Assembly (NCBI GenBank): GCA_963704435.1
Contig: OY969902.1
Location: 510,001 to 542,000, forward strand
Direction: 5' to 3'
DNA: 32,000 nt
Origin: an uncultured archaeon
GTDB taxonomy: Archaea; Micrarchaeota; Micrarchaeia; Micrarchaeales; CABMGC01
Shown: positions 1-8,132 of the stretch, piece by piece
Numbering within the stretch: the stretch's first letter is position 1
Layout: the number at the start of each line of letters is the position of its first letter
Notes under the pieces: generated by a model
The model's input: only the letters and a program-made list of their open reading frames with translations
Databases searched by the model: none
What the model was told of the DNA's origin: nothing
Made by a program: the position numbers and the translations under genes

Positions 1-8
1 ATAAAGTT

Positions 9-108
9 GGGCTCCTAGCGTAACGGTAGCGCGCCTGCATGGCATGCAGGAGGTTGCGGGTTCGAATGGGTCCGGTCCGCCGGGTCCACGAAAATCCCGC
101 GGAGTCCA
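9..108 (+). tRNA. tRNA-Ala (anticodon GGC) with a 28-nt intron (67..94) in the T-loop, tRNA position 59/60
   Basis: Hand-folded cloverleaf. Acceptor GGGCTCC (9-15) pairs with GGAGTCC (101-107), including the G3:U70 Ala identity pair; A73 at 108. D stem GCGT/GCGC. Anticodon stem CCTGC/GCAGG with loop ATGGCAT (GGC at 41-43). T stem GCGGG (56-60)/CCCGC (96-100). The T-loop TTCGAA+T is restored only after removing 67-94. No encoded CCA. Confidence 0.8.
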
Positions 109-119
109 TCTTTTCGTTT
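109..119 (+). terminator. T-rich tract (tcttttcgttt) directly after tRNA-Ala; possible archaeal oligo-T terminator
   Basis: Pyrimidine/T run begins 1 nt after the discriminator base. Archaeal termination commonly uses oligo-T. Confidence 0.3.
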
Positions 120-204
120 ACTGTACAGAGAACCACGCATTCACTGTGGTTCCGTCTCCCTGTGAGCTTAGAATTTGAACTGCAAGAAAACGTCGGGCAA
201 CAAG

Positions 205-681
205 TCAATTCCGTCTCTTCTCCTTGATTTGCAAATTCTGCTTTTGCGCGACATGCGCTTTCAAGATCTTGGAAAGCTCCGGGATCGACGTCGCGGTTCC
301 CCCACTGCTCTTGAGGGGCACCGCCAGCATCGGATTGTCATTTCCTCCGATAAGGGTTCTGACGTCAGTCTTCAGGCCTATTAGGTGCTTTCCGTAGGCA
401 CAGGCCATCCCCAGCTCGTAGGCCGCCCCCTCGTCCGGCACCCTCCCGTCATAGACCATGACGACGATGTCCGTTTCCTTGAGTTTCCTCACGTCCAAAG
501 CGAATATCATTTCCTTTGCCTTGTCCTCCGCGATGCCCTGTTCCAGCAGATCGGACAGTCTAAGCCCGTCCCTTTGCGGCAGAAAGGTGTCTATGCCCGC
601 TTCCCTCACACAGGCATCCACCTTCTCGTTGAACTCCAGCTCTCCCTGCGAGAACAGCGGGCCCGCGATGTACGCTTTCAT
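205..681 (-). CDS. Nucleoside 2-deoxyribosyltransferase-family protein
   Basis: ORF 205..699. The first ATG (681) gives MKAYIAGPLFSQGE...; later VPDEGAAYELGMACAYGKHLIGL matches the N-deoxyribosyltransferase-like pattern. GGAGGGTGG lies about 6 nt upstream of the ATG. The track start at 699 is a GTG. Confidence 0.6.
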   Translation of the reverse strand: MKAYIAGPLFSQGELEFNEKVDACVREAGIDTFLPQRDGLRLSDLLEQGIAEDKAKEMIFALDVRKLKETDIVVMVYDGRVPDEGAAYELGMACAYGKHLIGLKTDVRTLIGGNDNPMLAVPLKSSGGTATSIPELSKILKAHVAQKQNLQIKEKRRN

Positions 682-790
682 GTTTTCCCCACCCTCCACG
701 ACGCCCCCAGAAGTAGAATCGTCAAGGAATAAAAATTCTCATCTTCGAATCTTTTACCAAGGGGCTGAAATGCACAAACAGTCTAATCTT

Positions 791-830
791 TCAACATTTA
801 GTTGAAATAAACGAAAGATATTTAAATATT
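791..830 (+). promoter_or_regulatory. Promoter region of the wHTH/grpE operon: inverted repeat TCAAC-ATTTA-GTTGA (791..805) plus TATA-like tttaaatatt (821..830)
   Basis: The AT-rich box is centred about 24 nt upstream of the ATG at 850, implying a leaderless or very short leader. A perfect 5-bp dyad lies just upstream of it. Confidence 0.4.
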
Positions 831-849
831 TAGACATAATATAGTAAGC

Positions 850-1344
850 ATGCATTCCGAGGAGCGCATAATAATAAGGTCCATCGCCAAGCCTACTGCG
901 GACAGCGTGGAGGAGCTGACTTTCTGGTTCTGCAGGGCGTTCGACCTCGCCTCAGGCGGCGAGGCCCTCGAGCCCAGCCTGTTCAAGGAGATCGTGAGCG
1001 CCAGCGTGGAGGGCACCGGCGTCACGAGCAAGGAGCTCAATGACCGGCTCGCCGTGCCGCGGACCACAGTCATCTACCACCTCAACAGGTTCATAGGCTC
1101 CGGGCTCGTTGTCCGGAAAGGTCGGAAGTACTTCCTGCGCTCCGAGGACATGGAGAGCACGATAGAGGAGCTCCAGGCTGACATGACCCGCGAGTTCAGC
1201 CGCATGCTCGCTTTCGCTGAGAAATTTGACGAGATACTGGCAGGCGATGCCGCCGCCATCGGAAGGAGGAGAATAAATGCCGAAAGACAAAGAACCGAAG
1301 GAAAACGGAGAGTCGAAGCAAACAGCAACCGGAGAAAGCGCTGA
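850..1344 (+). CDS. Winged-HTH transcription regulator, candidate regulator of the adjacent heat-shock operon
   Basis: VTSKELNDRLAVPRTTVIYHLNRFIGSGLVVRKGRKYF shows an HTH-plus-wing pattern. It lies directly upstream of, and co-oriented with, grpE. The basic C-terminal tail overlaps the grpE start by 68 nt. Confidence 0.55.
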   Translation: MHSEERIIIRSIAKPTADSVEELTFWFCRAFDLASGGEALEPSLFKEIVSASVEGTGVTSKELNDRLAVPRTTVIYHLNRFIGSGLVVRKGRKYFLRSEDMESTIEELQADMTREFSRMLAFAEKFDEILAGDAAAIGRRRINAERQRTEGKRRVEANSNRRKR

Positions 1345-1786
1345 ATCCCCCCAGGTGGCGGAGCTGAAGGACAGGCTGCTGAGGCTCGCCGCCGAGTTCG
1401 ACAACTACAAGAAGCGCGTCGCCAGGGACATCGACTCAGCGAAGACGCTGGGGAAGGCGGAGCTCATGCGGGGCATGGTGCCGGTGCTGGACGAGTTCGA
1501 GCTCGCGATAAACGCGAAGGGCCTCGACGACGAGTCCGCCAGGGGCATCGAGCTCGTATATTCCAACCTCATGGAATCCCTGAAACGGGAGGGCCTTAGG
1601 ACCGTCGAGGTGGACGGGAAGTTCGACCCGTTCAGGCACGAGATCGTGCTGACTCGGGAAAGTAACGAGGAAGACGGCGTGATCATCGGAGTGGTGCGGA
1701 AGGGCTACGCGCTTGGCGACCTGCTGATAAGGCCAGCGTCTGTTATCGTTTCAAAGAAGTTTATAGAGAAAGGTGAATCAAAATGA
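1277..1786 (+). CDS. grpE: GrpE nucleotide exchange factor
   Basis: LAAEFDNYKKRV, FDPFRHEIV and RKGYALGDLLIRPASVIV are typical GrpE blocks. GGAGGAG lies 7-8 nt upstream of the ATG at 1277. The last ~11 codons are AT-rich. Confidence 0.85.
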   Translation: MPKDKEPKENGESKQTATGESAESPQVAELKDRLLRLAAEFDNYKKRVARDIDSAKTLGKAELMRGMVPVLDEFELAINAKGLDDESARGIELVYSNLMESLKREGLRTVEVDGKFDPFRHEIVLTRESNEEDGVIIGVVRKGYALGDLLIRPASVIVSKKFIEKGESK

Positions 1787-2755
1787 ATAATTCAGATTTC
1801 GCACAATCAATGCAGGAAATTTCAAAAATCAGAGAATATGGCAATTTCCAAACCATAAAAAATAGAATTGGCGAAACGAAATTAAAGAATTCGTTGCTTA
1901 CTCTTTATCCAAAGTATACGATAAAGGAGATAGAATCAATTACGGGTATTGCGGATTCCACTTTAGCGAGATGGTTTAAATATTTCGGCATATTCCCAGA
2001 AATGCGATGGCACATAAAAATCATATCAAAAGCAGGCACTAAAACCAGCGAACGTCTGCTGAGAAAAGGAAATACTTTCACAAAAAGGCTCACTGTGCAA
2101 ATTACTCCCGACTTGGCCTATTTAATTGGATTCGCCTTAGGTGATGGGGCGATACAAACTTACATGGTAGAGGTTTTCAACAAAAATGAAGGATTTTATC
2201 AGTATCTAAGTCAAATTATGAAAACGTATGGCTCAGTGACTGAAGATAGAAGACCAAATGGCTTGTGGCGACTGAGATTATCTAGTGTCATGATAGCAAA
2301 TCTGATAAAGAAGAATAAAGAAATTGATAAAGAAACAATTGATTTTATTTTTAAAAATAAGAAATTAACAAGAAAGTTTATCGCTGCATTTTGGGATGCT
2401 GAGGGGACTGTTCGGAGGCAAAATAAATATTATCACATCTATTTGTATAATACAAACAAATATCTTTTAGATAAAGTTTGCGAATTCCTTCAAGCTAAAA
2501 AAATAGAGTATTCAATTCATTCTAGAGACGACACAAAACGCAGTTATAAGTTAAAAGGTCGGCCAATAAGGGCTACTAAAATACTGCACAGGATTTCGAT
2601 ACCAAAATCATCCGCATTAATTTGGGCCAAAGAAATTGGCATACATATGCTGCATTCAAAAAAGAATTATTTTGTAAAAGAACTAATACTATCTAAAGGT
2701 GGTAAATATGAGTAAGATAATCGGCGTGGATTTAGGCACCAGTAATTCAGCAGCC
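1741..2755 (+). mobile_element. AT-rich inserted block carrying a free-standing LAGLIDADG homing endonuclease gene (approximate compositional boundaries)
   Basis: Hand counts: 15/60 G+C in 2281-2340 versus 43/60 in 2821-2880. Composition switches at about 1741 (inside the grpE 3' end) and about 2755 (inside the dnaK 5' end). Confidence 0.7.
1783..2715 (+). CDS. Double-motif LAGLIDADG homing endonuclease with an N-terminal HTH-like domain
   Basis: Motif 1 is [13 protein letters not shown] and motif 2 is [12 protein letters not shown]; both keep the acidic residue before the final G. N-terminal [26 protein letters not shown] looks HTH-like. The ATG overlaps the grpE TGA (ATGA). AGGTGA lies 7 nt upstream. 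The stop TAA (2713-2715) overlaps the dnaK start. Confidence 0.85.
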   Translation: MNNSDFAQSMQEISKIREYGNFQTIKNRIGETKLKNSLLTLYPKYTIKEIESITGIADSTLARWFKYFGIFPEMRWHIKIISKAGTKTSERLLRKGNTFTKRLTVQITPDLAYLIGFALGDGAIQTYMVEVFNKNEGFYQYLSQIMKTYGSVTEDRRPNGLWRLRLSSVMIANLIKKNKEIDKETIDFIFKNKKLTRKFIAAFWDAEGTVRRQNKYYHIYLYNTNKYLLDKVCEFLQAKKIEYSIHSRDDTKRSYKLKGRPIRATKILHRISIPKSSALIWAKEIGIHMLHSKKNYFVKELILSKGGKYE

Positions 2756-4543
2756 GCGGTTCTTGAGGGCGGAAGGCCCGTTCTGGTACCGAGCGCTGAA
2801 GGGACATCTCTCTACGGCAAGGCGTTCCCGAGCTACGTGGCGTTCACGAAGGACGACCAGCGGCTCGTGGGCGAGCCCGCCAGGAGGCAGGCAATCGCGA
2901 ACACGGACGGCACGGTCTCGGCATTCAAGAGAAAGATGGGGACCGCATACAAGTACAAGGTAAGGGGCAAGGACTATACCCCACAAGAACTGTCCGCCAT
3001 ACTCCTCCAGAAGATAAAGAAGGACTCGGAGGCGTTCCTGGGGGAGGAAGTCAAGAAGGCAGTCATCACGGTCCCTGCATACTTCAACGACAACCAAAGG
3101 CAGGCGACGAAGGACGCCGGAGAAATCGCCGGGCTCGAGGTCGTGAGACTGGTCAACGAACCTACTGCGGCTTGCCTGGCGTACGGCCTGGATAAGACCA
3201 GCAAGGAGATGAAGATACTCGTATACGACTTCGGTGGGGGTACGCTCGACGTCACTGTCATGGAGTTCGGCGGTGGAGTGTTCGAGGTCAAGTCGACCAA
3301 TGGAGACACCCAGCTGGGTGGGACTGACATGGATAACGCGATAGTCAACTTCCTGGTGGGCGAGATAAAGTCCAAGCAGGGTATCGACATAACGAGCGAC
3401 AGGCAGGCGATGCAGAGGCTCCGCGAGGCCGCGGAACGCGCCAAGATAGAGCTGTCAACGGTGCTCACCACCGACATAAACCTGCCGTTCATCGCGGCCG
3501 GGAAGGACGGAAAGGCCGCTCACTTCACGTACTCCCTGACCAGGGCAAAGCTCGAGGATATCGTGCTGCCGATAGTTGAGAAGACCACGAAGCCGGTGGT
3601 GCAGGCGCTGAAGGACGCCAAACTGGAGCCGAAGGGTGTTGACAAGGTCATCCTCATAGGAGGCCCCACGAGGATGCCGATAGTGCAGAGGTACGTCGAG
3701 CAGCTGCTTGGCAAGAAGATAGAGAGGGGCGTTGACCCGATGGAAGCCGTCGCCTTCGGCGCTGCCGTTCAGGCAGGAGTCCTCACTGGGGAGGTGAAGG
3801 ACATCGTGCTCCTTGACGTGACCCCGCTGTCGCTTGGGATAGAGACGCTTGGCGGCGTGTTCACGAAGGTCATCGACAGGAACACCACCATCCCGATCAA
3901 GAAGAGCAACGTCTTCTCGACTGCGGACGACAGCCAGTCCGCCGTTGACATATTCGTCTTCCAGGGGGAGCGTCCCATGGCGCGCGACAACATACTGCTG
4001 GGCAACTTCAAGCTCGACGGGATAGCGCCCGCTCCCAGGGGCGTGCCGCAGATAGAGGTGGCGTTCGACATAGACGCGAACGGGATACTCCACGTGAACG
4101 CGAAGGACAAGGCCACCGGGAAGGAGCAGAGCATCAAGATCGTCGCACCGAACAAGATGGCGAAGGATGACATAGGCAAGAAGATGAAGGAGGCCGAGGA
4201 GTACGCATCGCAGGACAGGGAGACTCTCGAACGCGTCCAGACCGTCAACGACGCTGAGTCGATGGTCTACACCACGGACAAGACCCTTAAGGAGTTCGGT
4301 GACAAGGTACCCAAGGACGTCTCTGAGAAGGTGGAGGGCGCGAGGGACGAGCTCAAGGAGGCGCTGAAGAGCGACAAGTATGAGGACGTGAAGGCGAAGC
4401 TCCAGAGGCTCAGGGACGTGCTGCAGGAGATAGGGTCAAGCGTCTACGGGAAGCCGGGAGACCAGGGCAGCCCCTACGGTGGAGGCCCAGAAGCCGGGCC
4501 TGACCCGACCGAAGGAGGAGCCGATTCCGGCGTGGATAAGTAG
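2708..4543 (+). CDS. dnaK: Hsp70 chaperone DnaK
   Basis: [34 protein letters not shown] and a full-length Hsp70 pattern. The ATG at 2708 is preceded by AGGTGG. The track start at 2699 is an upstream alternative codon. Confidence 0.97.
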   Translation: MSKIIGVDLGTSNSAAAVLEGGRPVLVPSAEGTSLYGKAFPSYVAFTKDDQRLVGEPARRQAIANTDGTVSAFKRKMGTAYKYKVRGKDYTPQELSAILLQKIKKDSEAFLGEEVKKAVITVPAYFNDNQRQATKDAGEIAGLEVVRLVNEPTAACLAYGLDKTSKEMKILVYDFGGGTLDVTVMEFGGGVFEVKSTNGDTQLGGTDMDNAIVNFLVGEIKSKQGIDITSDRQAMQRLREAAERAKIELSTVLTTDINLPFIAAGKDGKAAHFTYSLTRAKLEDIVLPIVEKTTKPVVQALKDAKLEPKGVDKVILIGGPTRMPIVQRYVEQLLGKKIERGVDPMEAVAFGAAVQAGVLTGEVKDIVLLDVTPLSLGIETLGGVFTKVIDRNTTIPIKKSNVFSTADDSQSAVDIFVFQGERPMARDNILLGNFKLDGIAPAPRGVPQIEVAFDIDANGILHVNAKDKATGKEQSIKIVAPNKMAKDDIGKKMKEAEEYASQDRETLERVQTVNDAESMVYTTDKTLKEFGDKVPKDVSEKVEGARDELKEALKSDKYEDVKAKLQRLRDVLQEIGSSVYGKPGDQGSPYGGGPEAGPDPTEGGADSGVDK

Positions 4544-4554
4544 CGTGGATCCCC

Positions 4555-5277
4555 ATGTCAGACTACTATGAAGTTCTAGGCGTAGGAAGGAACGCCACGC
4601 AGGACGAGATAAAGCGGGCGTACCGCGAACTTGCTCTGCGCTACCACCCGGACAAGAACAAGTCCAAAGAAGCCGAGGAGCGGTTCAAAAAGGCTAACGA
4701 GGCCTACGCGGTGCTGGGGGACCCGGAGAAGAGGAGGCAGTACGACGTCCTCGGCTCGGATCGGTTCGGTCAGCAGTTCTCCCCTGATGACATATTTCGC
4801 GGATTTGACCCGAACGACATCCTCCGGGACATAATGCAGGGAGCCTTCTCATCGTTCGGCGGCGGGGGCGGCCCTTTCCAGGACATGTTTTCCCAGATGA
4901 ACCAGGGGGTCAATCTCTCACTGTCCTTGAAGGACATGGAGAACGGGCTCGACAGGGAGTTCGAGGTCAATCTCCAAAAGATCTGCGGGAACTGCAGGGG
5001 CACCGGCGGCGAGCCGGGGTCGAAGCAGATAAAGTGCCCCGCATGCAACGGTGCTGGCAGCGTCCGCGTGAACCAGCGAACGCCTTTTGGGACGATACAG
5101 GCCATAACCACGTGCAGCCGCTGCGGAGGCAGGGGAAAGACCTATGAGAAAATCTGCAGGACTTGCTCAGGGCGCGGACAGGTGCTCGTAAAGGAAAGGT
5201 TCAGGATTAAAGTGGAGAATACTTCGGACGGCGCCGGCGGGGACAAGAAACAGAGGGGCAGGTTCGGCATATTCTAG
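4555..5277 (+). CDS. dnaJ: DnaJ-type co-chaperone, short form (240 aa): J domain, G/F region and zinc-finger domain, lacking the distal C-terminal domain
   Basis: DYYEVLGV...YHPDKN (HPD), a GGGGGPF G/F region, and four CxxCxGxG repeats ([32 protein letters not shown]). It ends about 32 aa after the last repeat. Confidence 0.85.
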   Translation: MSDYYEVLGVGRNATQDEIKRAYRELALRYHPDKNKSKEAEERFKKANEAYAVLGDPEKRRQYDVLGSDRFGQQFSPDDIFRGFDPNDILRDIMQGAFSSFGGGGGPFQDMFSQMNQGVNLSLSLKDMENGLDREFEVNLQKICGNCRGTGGEPGSKQIKCPACNGAGSVRVNQRTPFGTIQAITTCSRCGGRGKTYEKICRTCSGRGQVLVKERFRIKVENTSDGAGGDKKQRGRFGIF

Positions 5278-6356
5278 CGGTATGTCCGCACTATCCTGGC
5301 CGAATCGCTGCCGATCGCGCCCTGCCTCTTCGCCGAGAACAGCATCAGTCCCAACGTCGTTATGCTCACCCCCAGCATCAGCAGGTATAGCTCAAATCCC
5401 GCGGTGCCGAAACCGCCGACGACCGGCAGCAGGGCGATGGTGGCGAACGTGAGAAGGGGCGGTATCGCAGGCAGCGCTACCCTGTACCTCTTCGACACGT
5501 ACATTGCGAACACCAGGCCGAATGCCGACCCGATTATTATCAGCAGGCACATGAAGTAGCTGAAATAGGACGCGTAGGCGCTCACCACCAGCATGAGTGG
5601 TATTGCGAGGTCCCCGGTTCCCAGGGCTGAGAACGACGGGACGGGATAGCTGCCTGACTTCACCAGCTTCTTGATGATCGGATTCTTCACCTTGCTCTCC
5701 GCGATCGATTTGTTCAGGCTCTTTATCTCATTGCCCTTCAGGTAGCTCTTAGGCACCACCTCGACATCATAGGCGCCCACCATGAACGCGAGGTTCCTGT
5801 TCACGGATTCCCTTCCCAGTGCCACCATGTGCTTCGTCACGAAAACCGCCACGTAGTCGTACACCGCTATGAACGCCATGAGCGCGTACGCCGCGAAGAA
5901 GCTGAAGTAGCTGCCGAGCACCACCCCCACTCCAATGCTCGCGATCACCGCCGTGAGGTTCCTGAGTCGCGGCTGCTTATTCTTCGCGATGATCAGCGCT
6001 ATGGCCGCCGCGAGCGAGATCAGGAGGGCGTATGCGCCCCCTGCCTGCGGGAGGAACGGGCTGAGGATTATTATGAACAGGTAGAAGGACGCCGAGACGA
6101 CGACAACGGCCTCTATTATGGTGAACAGCGCGTTTCCGTGGTAGACCCTGAACAGGAGCACCATCACCAGGGCCGCGGCGATTATGTAGACGAAGTAGAA
6201 CAGTATCTGGGACGCCGATGACGTGGATGTCACTACCTGGACCTGCGCCGGCGAGATGAGATAGAACGCGATGAGCGCCCCGCAGAGCTGCACTATGAGG
6301 AAAAGCGACAGTATCGTTGCTAGCTGCCTGTACTCTATGCTCTTCAAACTCGACAC
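5274..6356 (-). CDS. Presenilin/signal-peptide-peptidase-family intramembrane aspartyl protease (PSH-like)
   Basis: Polytopic membrane protein with the YD motif ([11 protein letters not shown]), the GxGD motif ([13 protein letters not shown]) and a PAL-like motif (LPAIPPLL), in the canonical order. The start is uncertain: a GTG at 6356, with no in-frame ATG nearby. Confidence 0.75.
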   Translation of the reverse strand: MSSLKSIEYRQLATILSLFLIVQLCGALIAFYLISPAQVQVVTSTSSASQILFYFVYIIAAALVMVLLFRVYHGNALFTIIEAVVVVSASFYLFIIILSPFLPQAGGAYALLISLAAAIALIIAKNKQPRLRNLTAVIASIGVGVVLGSYFSFFAAYALMAFIAVYDYVAVFVTKHMVALGRESVNRNLAFMVGAYDVEVVPKSYLKGNEIKSLNKSIAESKVKNPIIKKLVKSGSYPVPSFSALGTGDLAIPLMLVVSAYASYFSYFMCLLIIIGSAFGLVFAMYVSKRYRVALPAIPPLLTFATIALLPVVGGFGTAGFELYLLMLGVSITTLGLMLFSAKRQGAIGSDSARIVRTYR

Positions 6357-6442
6357 CAGCCTATCCGGCAGATGCCTGCCGGTGCAGAATGCTTAGCTGC
6401 CAAGAAATTTAAAGCTAAACGGCTCCGGACCTGCGGCGGAGG

Positions 6443-8113
6443 CTAATGGGCAGTCACGTTTGCGGGAACCATGCCCGCGTCGGTTATGACGGTTATCCGG
6501 TATGTGGTCCCGTTCGTGAGCTCGGGGACGGCAAACGGTTCGGCCGGCCCGAGGCTGCCGCTGAAGGAAAGCGTGACCGAGGATCCCGGAGACAGCTCAT
6601 ATCCCGGTTCCGCGGGCGGCTGCGACTGCTTGAACGGCTGCGCGGAGGGCGCCACTGATACCGGACCGAATCCGCCGGGGCCGAAAGGCAGGGACAGCGT
6701 GCCGTTCTTATTCACTATAAAGACCGCCCCGGTAGGGTTCTGGAATCCGAACCCAGCCGTGCCGCCTGTGAAGAAGGGCTGGCTTGCGTTTTCCCCTAGG
6801 CCGACTATCCGTATCCTGCTGACCGGGCTGTGCATCCTTATCTCAACTGAATTGGCTCCGTCACGGTGGGATATCGAATAGATATCGCGCGCATCTATGG
6901 TAAAAGTCGAATTCTGGGCCTGGGAGGAATTCTGGGCCTGGGAGGAATTCTGGGCCTGGGAGGAATTCTGGGCCTGGGAGGAATTCTGGGCCTGGGAGGA
7001 ATTCTGGGCCTGGGAGGAATTCTGGGCCTGGGATGAGTTAAACTCCCTGCCCGCCCACGAGGTCCCGAAATGCGAGTCGTTAATGACATCCATGCCAAAG
7101 TTCGCGGGTTTCGCCCCGTAACCGTCCAGCGAAATGCCGATCACAGTCACATTGCGGTCTCCGGTGTTCTTCAGCGATATGTTGAAAGTGGTGGTATTCC
7201 CGTGGACTCCCAGAGCAACATTGGAGACCGTGACGTTCGGACCCGCACTTGGAAACGCTTTCTGATACGGCTGCTTCAAAGGCCAAAATGCCCCTTCTGG
7301 AGGGACGCCACTGCTCGGAGTGCGGTTGTACATGTCCGGCTGTGAGATCACCGACGCCCTTAGTGTCGGGAAGAGCACGAATTGCGTCGCGTTGTCTGAG
7401 TACACTTCAGTCACGACCGGAGAGAAATCCAGCAATATGCCTGACGAGGCATTGACGCCTTTCGCCTCTTCGACATCGGCGGTTATCCGCTTCTGGGCGA
7501 GCTGCACGCCATAGGTTACGTTATCGATGATTATGCTTGCTGCAGTCACGTTGAACCTGACCTCGGACACGTTCGAGCCGATCTTCATCTGGGCTCCGCC
7601 CATCACCTGGCTCGTGTTTATCAGGTCCATCAGGTTTAGCCTGCCGGTCGAGTTCACCGGGACCCATTCCGAACTATTTCCGTAGCCCACATGCACACTG
7701 AGGGAAGAGTAGTTTATGTATAGCGCCTGCGTCCCGGACGGCACCTGGGGTGGATCTGTTATGCTTACCGGGACATAGGTCGAATTCGGGCCCTGGGAAT
7801 ACAGGTATGCCGAAAAGACCGCCGCAGCCAATAGCGCAAATGCGATGAGCGTGACGATTATCCTGCCGCTTGGCACCATTCCTTCGGAGCGCTGCTCTGA
7901 CACAGTCACGCCAGGATTTATCCTGTAGTATTTCCACTTCTTAACGTGCTCGTTCTCCTCCTGCTCTATGCTGCCCGAGGTTTCGAGATCGTGGAGGTGC
8001 TTGCTTACGGTCGACGGTGCCAAATTAAGCGTCTCGCTGATCTTGCTAGGGTTGTTCTTACCTTCTGAAATCAGCTTGAGGATCTTCCCCTTTGTGTCCC
8101 CCTGTTTTGCCAT
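6443..8113 (-). CDS. Membrane-anchored winged-HTH (ArsR-like) protein with a large extracytoplasmic domain (DUF4382-like beta-rich region plus CARDB-like segment)
   Basis: N-terminal ILKLISEGKNNPSKISETLNLAPSTVSKHLHDLETSG...KWKYYRI (wHTH). Single TM segment IIVTLIAFALLAAAVFSAYLY. About 450 aa beyond it carry many N-x-S/T sequons. The ATG at 8113 lies about 27 nt downstream of a TATA box; the track start at 8134 is a TTG. Confidence 0.7.
   Translation of the reverse strand: MAKQGDTKGKILKLISEGKNNPSKISETLNLAPSTVSKHLHDLETSGSIEQEENEHVKKWKYYRINPGVTVSEQRSEGMVPSGRIIVTLIAFALLAAAVFSAYLYSQGPNSTYVPVSITDPPQVPSGTQALYINYSSLSVHVGYGNSSEWVPVNSTGRLNLMDLINTSQVMGGAQMKIGSNVSEVRFNVTAASIIIDNVTYGVQLAQKRITADVEEAKGVNASSGILLDFSPVVTEVYSDNATQFVLFPTLRASVISQPDMYNRTPSSGVPPEGAFWPLKQPYQKAFPSAGPNVTVSNVALGVHGNTTTFNISLKNTGDRNVTVIGISLDGYGAKPANFGMDVINDSHFGTSWAGREFNSSQAQNSSQAQNSSQAQNSSQAQNSSQAQNSSQAQNSSQAQNSTFTIDARDIYSISHRDGANSVEIRMHSPVSRIRIVGLGENASQPFFTGGTAGFGFQNPTGAVFIVNKNGTLSLPFGPGGFGPVSVAPSAQPFKQSQPPAEPGYELSPGSSVTLSFSGSLGPAEPFAVPELTNGTTYRITVITDAGMVPANVTAH
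6909..7034. repeat. Tandem repeat, 7 x 18 bp (gaattctgggcctgggag): six perfect copies and one with a single mismatch
   Basis: Counted unit by unit: 6909-6926, 6927-6944, ... 7017-7034; the last base of unit 7 is t. It is in frame on the minus strand and encodes (NSSQAQ)x7 inside the ectodomain of the 6443..8113 protein. Every unit contains GAATTC. Confidence 0.95.
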
Positions 8114-8132
8114 GAGATGATTATGCCGCCGC

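Noticed and set aside
9-88. First reading of tRNA-Ala as a 80-nt gene with an 8-nt T-arm insertion and a C7:C66 mismatch (possible pseudogene or att-site scar, because GGGTCC occurs twice)
   Set aside because: Extending to 108 and excising 67..94 gives perfect T and acceptor stems and a BHB-like fold. The GGGTCC duplication is simply the two arms of the intron hairpin.
6909-7034. The 18-bp repeat array considered as a possible CRISPR or mini-CRISPR locus
   Set aside because: The units are directly adjacent with no spacers. The array is in frame within a long ORF and encodes a peptide repeat, and no cas genes are nearby.
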